A program made the translations under genes and the position numbers. This document shows positions 39,449 to 50,000 of a stretch of 64,000 nt of DNA, in pieces. Within the stretch, counting starts at the first letter, position 1. Every line of letters begins with the position of its first letter. The notes below the pieces were generated by a model. The model made no database searches. It had not been told where the DNA came from and was given only the letters and a program-made list of their open reading frames with translations. Origin of the DNA: Styela clava (Eukaryota); NCBI RefSeq assembly GCF_964204865.1, contig NC_135261.1:4526001-4590000 (forward strand), written 5' to 3'.

Positions 39449-40363
39449 GCTTTAATGTTTAATGTTAATGTTGCCCAAATTTTATTTTTTTGGGGGGTTT
39501 ATGTGCATTTTTTTTTCGTATAAGAATGTCATACGACGCTTTTGATCCAAACAAGGCTGGATAAAAGCAGCTACGGATATCTAACATTATCTTGAAATAT
39601 ATCAGTACATGCTTACTTTGCTATCGAAGGTATCCGGGATATACAAGCGCGCATGTTCTTCTATCTCGGTTGGTTTATTTGGTGAAAGGAATATTATTAA
39701 CTGGCCAGGAAAAATCAGTTTTTATTAAATCGTTCAAGAATAGAGTAAAATGGTGTTGGTAAAGGCGTAAGAAATTAGTCCTCACTGCAAATGCCACAAA
39801 TGTGCATTTGAAAAAAAAGTTGAAAATTTTGGGGAGAAGACATGGTTTCACAATTGCTACGCCCATAATCATCTCGTTCTCATTTGCCTACAGTTGACAG
39901 AGCTTCGTCGTGTGAGACCCACATACCAGAAAATAAAAATTTTCTAACCAACATTTAAATGTATTAGAACAACAAATATCCGTTTGTTCATAGCTTCTTG
40001 TTCGATAAAAAAATTCAAAAGCAATTGGAGACACTTCCATATCTATACACTGGGAATTTGAAAATGAATTACCCACAAAAAAGTAATTTTATACACAAGG
40101 ACAACATGAACAACAACAAAAACTTAGTTAATATGTTTAAATTGTGTTGAATACATTCGGAAGCAGTGAAATAGTCATATTCATAGGCAAATTGAATTTT
40201 TCCATTCAGTGAAAAATAGAATGCAAAAATTAAAGAATAAAATGGAACGTACATTTTATTGGGATAGGGAAGCGCTGTGAACCAAACCTTGTTATTAAAC
40301 AGCGACATCTAATGGAAATAAATATTACAAAAACTAAATGCAAACAAAATCAAAAATGTTATA

Positions 40364-40562
40364 CCGGGTGTCCATAAAGTCCCTTTATAGTTTTAATTCT
40401 GGTATAAAGTCAGTTCTCAATATATCTTAACCAGGTTTGTTGTTTTTAATCAGTAATTGTTCAAGTATTTTTACTTAATACATCTGTGAGTGCCAAAACA
40501 ATATATAGTATCGATAAATTCTCTTTGCAATTTAAAATGAAATAAGATTTTATGGACACCAT
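40364..40562. mobile_element. Tc1/mariner-type MITE family F in the 3' UTR region of the CysD gene
   Basis: TA|ccgggtgtccataaagtccc ... tttatggacacc. Confidence 0.8.
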
Positions 40563-40607
40563 AATTAAACATTGTTTTAATTTTTTACGAAAGCAATCTA
40601 CATAGAT

Positions 40608-43600
40608 TTATCCTCCCAACAATACTTGTAGACCGCTTCCATCGCCACTTGAATTGTCTTCATCTGGGCAGCAATATCTCACCATGTAGTCCTCACATTT
40701 CATGCCGTCAGGTTGCAAGTCATTCCAACATGCAAAACCTGTTTCAAGAGATATATCAACCACATTCCCCCCTTCAGTGTAAGGACGACCGTCTGCGAGT
40801 TGAACCTGGTGAAAATTTAAGAAAGTAATTAGCATAGAGTTAATATCAAAACTCAATAATATTAAAATACAAATATTTATAAACCTCGATGTGCGTCGGT
40901 CTTGTACAAACTCCTCGTGTTGCAACAGCGCGCTCTAGTGTCTCACAATCGCATAAAAGTGAAGGAGTGTCCAGGTTCAGCCAACCAGTCCAGTCCTTCT
41001 GTCGACACGGCAGTACAACTATGTAAAAAAAAGAAGTCGCTCAATAACTTTTAAATTGACATTGTTTTTCATTATATAAACAACTCAGCTCACGAAACAA
41101 ATGATATAATTACAATTTAGCTTTAGTGTTTTTTACCACTTCGACAAAAAAGTTTTAATTAAATTAGACAATATGGATTTTGCTAGCTTGTGCTATCGAT
41201 TGGGTTTCTACAAAACTTACTACTTCACCGTATTCTATCTTTGTGCGCCGTTGGATCCATATGCATATAATGCAAGGATGCTGTAGCAAGAGTGGAGATG
41301 GTTACGTTGTAAACGTACGTTGTTTACAAATTTGTTTTAAGTTTTTCTCTGTATGCAGTGCATCGCGCGCTGCCTTGTAACCGATCATTGTAGACCCTTT
41401 ATTACCCTTTTTTTCCCTTTGCTTGTAACGTAAATTAGTAATTTTATCTGTTGTCTGGTTCAGCGTTTTCCTTTTGGTCATTTTCGCATCACGTATTCGT
41501 TGTGTAAGAGCCGCAGATATTTGTCCGTATTGTGGACTGTTTATTTATTTGTTATATATGGTGACCGTACATTTGAACCCACGTACATTTGAACCCATGT
41601 GTATATCCACGGGTTCAATCTACATGCGGGTGCTAAAACCCATGGGTTAGGGTTAGTATGGGTTCAACTATCCGAAAAACAAAAAAAATTCCATAGGTGC
41701 AATAGCATACAGGTGCAATTGTCATGGGTTCAAATGTACGTGGGTTCAAATGTAATGGAACCGTTATATATATGTATATATTGTAATTTTCGGAAAACGT
41801 TTGGTAAGAAATTGGCCTTTTGTTGTTGATATATACTTGATAATACGTGACAAGATCACTATCTTGGGTGATTCAAGAGTCTTGCTGCACACTAACAGCA
41901 ATATATTTCTGTTGACTATCTATGTCTGAGGAAGTTTTAGTTTGGTCAGACAAAACCTTGCATAAATATATTTGTGTTAGTTTGCAGAAACACTATTGAA
42001 TCACTTTCGATAGTTAAGTTCAAATTTTTAAACTAGCGCGCTAGAAACAAAGCCTCAAAATTTTAACTAAAGCTGGAAAAGCAGTGATCGAAAAGTACCA
42101 GGAACGGTAGGTTTCATAGCTTTATGTATATATATATAATATACATATGTGCTTTGTATCATTACTCAATTTCATACGAATCAACAGGGCGTGACGACTG
42201 CTGGCAGAACCACTTTTTGCTCTGATTTGAGGGGACACTGGATTTTGCTTTGCATTCGCATATGGTTGGGCGGTATATGATCCGAGAGATAGTTTTTTTG
42301 TTGAGTCCTAATACTGCACTAAAGTAGGTTTGCCGTAATATGTCATTGTTCGAGTTTTAAGGTACACTATAGATTAGTTTGACACGATGTCCGGCTCTGA
42401 CTGTACTGCAGTACGGGTGCACCACTATACTTTACTAGTACTCAACCCAACGTGGAAACAAACCGTGGTGCTGTACCTTCAACTTAACATACGTAAGTTA
42501 GTCTGTATTCAATTTATATTGTTAAAAAGACTGTTGGAGCAACATTTACACACAACGAGCTTTTTGAAGCAGGTACAAATAGCAACTGCGTGAACTCTGA
42601 AATGGCGCGGTAAGGCGAGCGTCTCTCAAATATTAGTGAAAACGTTGCTGACAGCATAGGTCAAAGGTCATGAAAGTTGATAATAGAGTTGGTATTGCAT
42701 TGCTATTAACGTGAGACTTGAATAGCATAGTCAACACATTTTGAGAAACAGTTAGAAATTCCATTGAAAGAGGAACTCTCTTTAGCAGTGATTCTCAAAC
42801 GGCGGACATAGGGGGCGTAGACAATTCACTGAGGGGGCGTGAAGCTACTTGAAAATAAATATATATGTTAGATGTAATTTTGCCCGCCTTGTTTTGCATA
42901 TTTAAGTTCCATCCATGTCTGTTTTTTTGTATTAAAACACGCTTTCGCCTCGTCTGTTATTTGTAACCCGTTGTTATTTAATTATTTTTGAGGCGAGGCG
43001 CGAGACTTGACTAGTTAGTGGAGCGGTTTGAAAAGTTTGAGAACTCCAGCCTATAGCTTATGATCCGAACCAGTACCTAATTAAGATGAGCAAACGATCT
43101 TTTAAGTATTTTCGATCAGAATTAACACAATTTTTCAAATGAGAAATAGTCTACGTACACAATATTATAGAATATTCTCGTATACGATTTGAATCTATTT
43201 CTGCGACCATGTTACGTGAAATCTTTTACTGACTTTTTAAAACATCATACCTACAATAAGTATAAGAAAATACAGTAAGTATACTTACATTCTGGAGTCT
43301 GCAATATAATAAATAAAAATGTATTATATAATTACTATTCGGTGACGTCATAAGTGAGTGACGTTATCTTACCTTGCATGGACCGTATTTTTCGAGTTTT
43401 CCATTTTTATTTAGTTTCATAAAGCATACGTCATCTAGAATATAAATATTGTGAAATATCATATTTTTAAGATTTCTTAAATGCGCGCAGAAGAAAGTTC
43501 GAAACAAGCAGACACAGCTACTGCGTTTTTAAAGTTTTTCGACCAGAACTTTCATTTGAATCTTATTATATAGATTATTGAATGAAAACTTAAAGAAACT

Positions 43601-44399
43601 CTGTCCAGGGTCTGGACTGTATTGGCGGGCCTCTAGGTCTAGGGTGACGTAGAGACTCGATTGAAAACCAATGGTATATACTGTTGTACAGCAAAATTAT
43701 GGGTTTTCGAAGTCTTTCTACAACAGCTTCCAGGGCCCAAATTTGACCAAGCTTTGGCTTCGATTATATTAGTGGTTGAAAATAAAACTCCAACTATGGT
43801 GCCAAAATCAGTAGTGACTCCGACTCTTTAGGAACGGCAGTCCCGTAGTATGTAAACCAAGATGGCGGACACTGGAACGTAGTATGTGTACCAGGTTAGG
43901 GTTTATTCCAATTTTTTTTTCATTTCAGTTTTATTACGAGTTCAGAAATAGCCAAGTAATTCCCGTGGTATTTGTACCTGAAATTATGGCTTAACCCAAA
44001 CCTGGTACACATAATGGAGTACCCCAGAAACTGGATAGCAACTATATCGAAGCAGTATAATGGTTCAAAATTACAGGCGACTCAAAAAGCATATCTATAT
44101 AACCTAAACAGAACCTAACTTTTATGCAAAGAATAATAAAATACTGAAACTAGTGAATACAAGAATACACAAACAGAAGTCCAAGTAATGAATAAATGTC
44201 TTCATTCTCATAGAAGTAATTGAGACATTTACAAGTTATGTTTTTAGGGTCACAACGTACAAAATCGATGTAGGAACCTACTACCGAATTCGATTGCTAA
44301 TTCTTTAATCCTACCTTGAAGTTCTTTTCCCGTGATAGCTTCAGTAAATACTGCTGTTAACAGAGCATACAGCAACCAACTCATTTTGACCTTTGTCAT
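40608..44399 (-). CDS. Secreted single CysD (Mucin2_WxxW) domain protein, 162 aa, 5 exons: 44399-44315, 43434-43373, 43298-43289 (10-nt micro-exon), 41018-40885, 40805-40608
   Basis: Spliced translation MTKVKMSWLLYALLTAVFTEAITGKELQDDVCFMKLNKNGKLEKYGPCKTPEFVLPCRQKDWTGWLNLDTPSLLCDCETLERAVATRGVCTRPTHIEVQLADGRPYTEGGNVVDISLETGFACWNDLQPDGMKCEDYMVRYCCPDEDNSSGDGSGLQVLLGG*. Signal-peptide-like N-terminus. CysD signature WTxWxNxDxP...DxET...CxxPxxIE...GFxCxNxxQ...CxDYxVRYCC. All introns GT..AG with consistent phases. AATAAA on - at about 40255-40260. Confidence 0.88.
41560..41762. mobile_element. MITE family E in a CysD gene intron, reverse orientation
   Basis: Perfect 9-bp TSD gttatatat. Confidence 0.9.
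42786..43029. mobile_element. hAT-type MITE (CAGTG(G/A)TTCTCAAAC ends); relatives at about 8510-8737, 11720-11890, 30767-30980
   Basis: cagtgattctcaaac ... gtttgagaactccag; shared internal gggggcgtgaagcta...aaaataaa. Confidence 0.7.
43836..44023. mobile_element. Merlin-like MITE family B, internally deleted, in CysD gene intron 1
   Basis: ggcagtcccgtagtatg..caagatggcggacac..ggttagggtt ... ggagtacc. Confidence 0.75.
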
Positions 44400-46460
44400 T
44401 TAAAATGCTCAATTACTCTATGCAGCAAATGCAAATCTTAACATTGCTGACTAAAAATGTTAATTACTGCAGTTACGAACACTATGATACCTTGAAAAAA
44501 AATACAATTTACCTTTATTTTTTCTTAAAACCGAAATAACTTGATACAAAACGATTACAAAGTTGGGGATTACATTTGTTGCGAATATTGTTACCGACAA
44601 TTTTTACTGTAACAAGAGCATTGAAGGATTAAAATAACTGCTAAACACAATTAAATTTTGCGATGTTATTAATTTATAAACGATAACCGGAAATCCTTTA
44701 ATGATTAACGCTGAGAATGAGCTATTCGCATTTGTCATTGATCTAATTTAACATTATAAATATTCTTAACTTCTATCACCAATGGTGTATACTGTTGTAC
44801 AGCGAAATTATGGGTTTTCGAAGACTTTCTACAACAGCTTCCAAGGCTCATAATTTGACCAAAGTTTGGCTTCTATTTCTTAGCGGCTGAAAAAAAAACT
44901 CCGACTATGACGTCAAAACCAGTAGTGACTCCGACTTTCCAGAAACTGGTAGTATGTAAACCGAGATGGCGGACACTGGAACGTAGTATGCGTACCAGGT
45001 TAGGGTTCAATATGCGTTCTTATAACGCAGTGGTGTGCAACCCGGGCTCCAAATGCGACCACAAGGTACAATTGTGCGGCCCGCGGAGTGTGTTTTTAAT
45101 TTAGTTCAATCTGCTACGTGTGAGTTATTTAAATTCCTCACAATGCCCTACCAGCTAGATTGTGCATAGCGAACAACGCATGTCATGAGATCAATAACCA
45201 AGATTTTTCAGTTATTTGTATCTGGCCCTCCTGTATAGAGAGTTTTACACCCCTGTTGTTATGCATTGTAATGAATAGTCAGACTTGTCCCAAGCAAACC
45301 AATGTGTGTCGAATCGTTCAAGCAGAATCTTACTCTTGGTCGCCGTTCGCGACATGCGACAGATGGAGCCATCAAAGAAACTACCAAGAAATCCGGGAAT
45401 ATGAAAGAAATTAAGGCAGCAGCAAAGACCAATAATAAAAAATACTGGAAAGGAGTGACTGGAAGCATCAACAGTCAAAACCTAAAAGTCGAAGCATTTT
45501 AACTGTATTGGTTGACCCTAGAAATAGAACAATTTAATTTTAACGCATGGAATTTTTCGAAGAATATTTATCCCAGAATAATTTTGAATTCCTCAATATT
45601 TCGGCAATGATTTCAATTTTTTTCGCACCGTTATGGATGGTGGTCCCACCAATTAACTCCAACAATATTTGTTGTAAAATTATGTATTGAAAATTCAAAA
45701 TCACACTTAGCCACACGTTTATATGAGCAAAAAGCAAATTCAAAAAATAAGGACAAACAAAGCATTGACAAATTTGAATAATTTACAATACTGATATGTT
45801 GTCACTTCCTGGGTCAAATAGTGGAAGGTCAGTGGTTAAGATGACCTGATTTCGTGTTTGGTTTCGAATTGATCAGTGTTAGAAATATTTAAAGCAATGA
45901 TGTGTTGTTACTTCCAAAAAGTTAAAGGTTAAGAAAATTTGATTCTATGTTTGGATAACATACATACAAAAATTTAATAATAGCCCAACTGGGATGATTT
46001 CATTACCATATATTTTGAACATGATGGGAGCGGCAGGTCACAATTCAACCAATAAATGTAAATGCTTATATTTTCGAACAATATAAATTCTCAAAAATAA
46101 TGAAAAATATTGAGCGAAGAGCAAAAATCCTTTAAAATGATGAAAGCCAATCATAAGTATAACAGTTATATATACTAAGATAGTACATGTAATGATAAAA
46201 ATGAGACCATAAACAGAAATTAATTTGGAACGAAAGTTTTAAGTTGAACGCGGTTCGCGGCAACCCATGCGAACCCCTCGAATAAGTATGGTTGGTTTTA
46301 CATAATATTCGACCATTTCAAGGTACAAACATCTCCAAATGTCTTTATGAATATCAATCAGTACGTTAAAGAATCTCGAGAACACGCCTGCCAGAAAGTA
46401 TGATTCGAGTAATCATTGGCTGACTGTCTGTTCAATCCAGGAAGCTCCAAGTATATTTTT

Positions 46461-46540
46461 GAACGGTGGCTGAGCGATTTTAAAGCACGAGACTTAACTA
46501 TGATGGCATCCCGGGTTCGAATCCCACGCCCACCACCTTA
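46461..46540 (+). mobile_element. tRNA-derived SINE head; second copy 17389-17483 on -
   Basis: A-box-like tggctgagcg and B-box ggttcgaatcc. Aligns with the reverse complement of 17389-17483 (ggtggtttagcg..agacttaac..gggttcaaaacccatgcctaccacctta). Does not fold as a cloverleaf. Confidence 0.6.
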
Positions 46541-47001
46541 GACAGAAAATGTGATAAATAAAGTAGTCAATTCTCAAAATGAAAGATCCCGGTTCTTGTG
46601 AACTAATTGGCTCTTCAGCTAGAAGTGGAGTATTTTTGTGGGCCTTCCCACCCCCGCAGTCAAGTTGTAGAAAAGAATAACTAAGGTAGGCAATACTCAA
46701 ATTAAAAGATTCCGGACCTCCTGAACTACATGAGTTCCTTAGCTAGAAGCGGAACCATGTTATGAGCGAAGTACCACTGAAATTTGTATAATAACGCTGT
46801 AAAATATATTGCAATAAATCCGGCAATTCGTTTTGACGGCAATAATTTATCACCGTTTTAAAATTAAAGTTTTCGAAACGAGCAAGCAGTTTACAGCTGT
46901 TACTTTCAGAAAACGTTTTAGAGTCGTTGAGATCGATTTGAATAAAAGTCTTGTAAAGGGGCGTGGCTTGTATGGGCGGAGTCTTTATAATAACGGTCCA
47001 A

Positions 47002-50000
47002 TCACGTTGAGTTTTCTTTTACTGAATTTTCATCCTTCGTTGATTCTTCTTCTTGTGGTTCTTGTTCTTCAAAACTGGCTTGAAACTTCGGACTGAACTT
47101 TTTTGGAGATTTGGAGCTCTCGTCTGAAAGTAAGAATAAAAGCAAACACGTGAAGCTGGACATGTTACCGTCATTTATTGAGGATTGCACCTCTTGATTG
47201 AACTGAGCAAATTTGCACCTAGGGTGATAATAATGCGGGTAAGATAGTGGGTACTCCCGAAGTATTTGATCCAAAATGGCGGAGACCGTAACGTAGTATG
47301 TGTACCAGGTTAGGGTTAGGCCATAAATTTATTTCAATTTTTCTCATTTTAGTTAAATTGCGAGCTCAGTACTAGCAAAGTGACTCCCGTAGTATTTGTA
47401 TGTGAAATTAAGATCTAACCCTAACCCGGTACACATACTACGTTCCGGCGTCCGCCATCTTGGTTCACATACTTCGAGAGTACCAAATAATGTGCCCCTT
47501 TTCGATAACTATATTTATTTTTCGTTCAAATATACAATGTTTGTCCCACGACGAAAATAAATATGTGAATTATGTGGGAGAGGATTGCTGGACTCTTCGC
47601 TTTCGAAGGGTGGTTCACATAATCGCTTCCTCCCCCATCAAGTCAATGAATGCATCAGGAGCAAATAACTGGGGAACTGTTCTCATATCCGAAATGAACA
47701 TGTAACCGGAGGAAATGCCGTGGTTTGCTAAATGATTGAGTCGTCATATCGACTTTCTTTTCCGATAATGAATATAAACATCCTATGCCTATTTTAAAGC
47801 GTATTAACTTCCCGAAATCGACCGAAGAAAATTGCGGAGGTATAATTTGCTATTGAATAAGCAAACTTTTGGTAAAATAGCAGACTGTAATTAGTCCACA
47901 GCCATGCATGCGGAGAACACATGTGAATGGACTTTTGAAATACTCTCAAATCTCTCGATACTAAAACTTAGAAAGCGAGAGAAAAGCAGTTTTATCCCAT
48001 CAATTAAGATCCCATATCCGGCAATTTCGTCCTGACAATAGGATATAGGGATGGATACATTTCATATCAAACCATGTTTTAGTCACATGAATTTTAAACT
48101 TTATAGTTTACTTGAAACGATGTTTAACGTCATAGGAGTGTCTCTTCTCTGGAATAGATGTTTCTTATTGTTGCTACTCAGCATGAAATTGCGAGCAGTC
48201 TTCGCTTGATGTGATGATGTAGGAACTTCTGAAATAGGGAAGGAAAAATGTAAGAAATGGAAGAATCACAATGGGATCATGGGCTGACTTATCCAGAGGG
48301 TAATAATTTGCCAAACAATGAAGTTCGAGTTTTTCTAATAATCCTTGCATGTAGTTGAAGAATTCTAAGAATATTCGACGTAGGAAATTTTGCCGCATAG
48401 GAAAAATTGCCGCACGAGTTTTGTTTGGAAAATAAGTGCGAAAGACTTTTGGAACATCTCGGTTTCATCTCAATGTCCCCGATGACGACGAAAGCTCCCA
48501 AATATGCTTTCTCTTCCGTGTTATCTCGTTCAAGTATTATTGTGACAACATACGGATCCGAAGTAAGGAGTATAATCTGATAAAGGACCTGCCGTTCAAT
48601 ATACATGTAATCCCCGTATTAAGATTATGTTGCAACTAAGGTCATTGCTTTGTTTTGTCAGACGCTTTTAAGTCCCAAAGTAAACAGTTCGCATCACCGG
48701 GGAGCACAGACACGTACAGGCCCATATTTAATTCATGAAGTATCCCCATCTATTTGTGTACATTGTATAATCTCTGGACTTAAATAATTTATTATTTCAC
48801 AGGTCATAGGTCATAAACACTATCGTTTATTATTTATGAGGCTCATGTTCTCATAATGAGAATCGTGATTTACTTTCGCCGTGAGAAATTAACGTAAATT
48901 CGACAAGATTTAGACACGACTTTGGAGTTTAAGCTTCTGGAATGTTCGTTTACTGCCAACCATTTGATTAATAACGCGCAATTTTACCCTATATTTTCAA
49001 GAGTTTTGTTGCACACAAACACAAATGTATTTCTGTAACGTTTTGTAATTATACGCTGTGATTCGTTATAGTCTCGGAAGCACTTGACACTTTAGTGCTC
49101 CCCCGTAATTTTGCTCTGAGAACAAACTTCTTTGGGACCTCCAGAAGTATGTGCACCAAAATGGCGCATAACCTGAACTCTATACCATGTTCGGGTTGTG
49201 CGCCATCTTGGTGCACATACTTCTGGAGGTCCCTTCTTTGTTTCTGAGTACAGGCGTGCAACTCTAATTTGACGATTTCCACGATTTTTGTTAGTTTTTC
49301 AGGGTTTTCCGCCGTTTTTGCACATTCTTGCAAGATAGTTTTTTCCGATTTTTGCATGTGTTTACAAGGTTTTTGGTAGTTTTTCAGGATTGTTCACTGT
49401 TTTTGCACATTTTTTCAAAGTTTCTAGTAGTTTTCACTTTTAAAAAAAAATTTGCATGATATTTCAGACGTATGATATTGGATTCAAATCCAATATGACA
49501 AACGACATAAATCTGACTTCTCACCGAGAAACGTAAATAACTGGCAACCCTTTTCTTATGAACCCAAGGTATGATAAATTATAGGTTGGCAATGCCAAAC
49601 CGGGAAGGTCCCGATCCCTTCAAATATAGCAGATTGTTAGATATTATTTCTTGTAAGCGACTTTGTCCAGAGTAAAAATCGCAACAAATAGTTGTTTAAA
49701 TAATAAAATATTTGTAACAGGTCCTACGATGGCACGTTATCATTTTTTTAAAACACTAAAACATGGTTTGGTTTCTGCGGGACTAACTAATTATTCTTCT
49801 TTTATGTTTTTGTGTCGGTGGATCCGTATGCATATAATGCAAGGATGTTGTAGCAAGAGCGAAGACTAGATAGCGATCGGAGACCGTTGATTTGTCGATC
49901 TGCGGTTTGGATTCCTTCGCTCTGACTCAATAGCGACGCCACGTGTCCCATCGCTAATAAATTAATAACTCGCTAAATTGGGCTACTTTGCTGTTTATGT

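Noticed and set aside
45160-45502. Cluster of overlapping ORFs including a Lys-rich 66-aa peptide
   Set aside because: No convincing splice sites, start context or domain similarity.
46461-46540. tRNA gene (also 17389-17483 and 62325-62397)
   Set aside because: A/B boxes are present but there is no acceptor stem or cloverleaf; better explained as SINE heads.
48229-48606. ORFs 48289-48606 and 48174-48398 as an extra exon with a non-canonical G|ATAAGT donor near 48292
   Set aside because: The phase would fit exon 48228-48112, but it needs an AT-AG intron and the peptide has no recognisable features; the canonical donor at 56278 is more parsimonious.
49049-49357. 102-aa ORF, and similar ORFs at 17101, 41599, 59770, 60719, 62519, 63264
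   Set aside because: All run through MITEs or tandem repeats.
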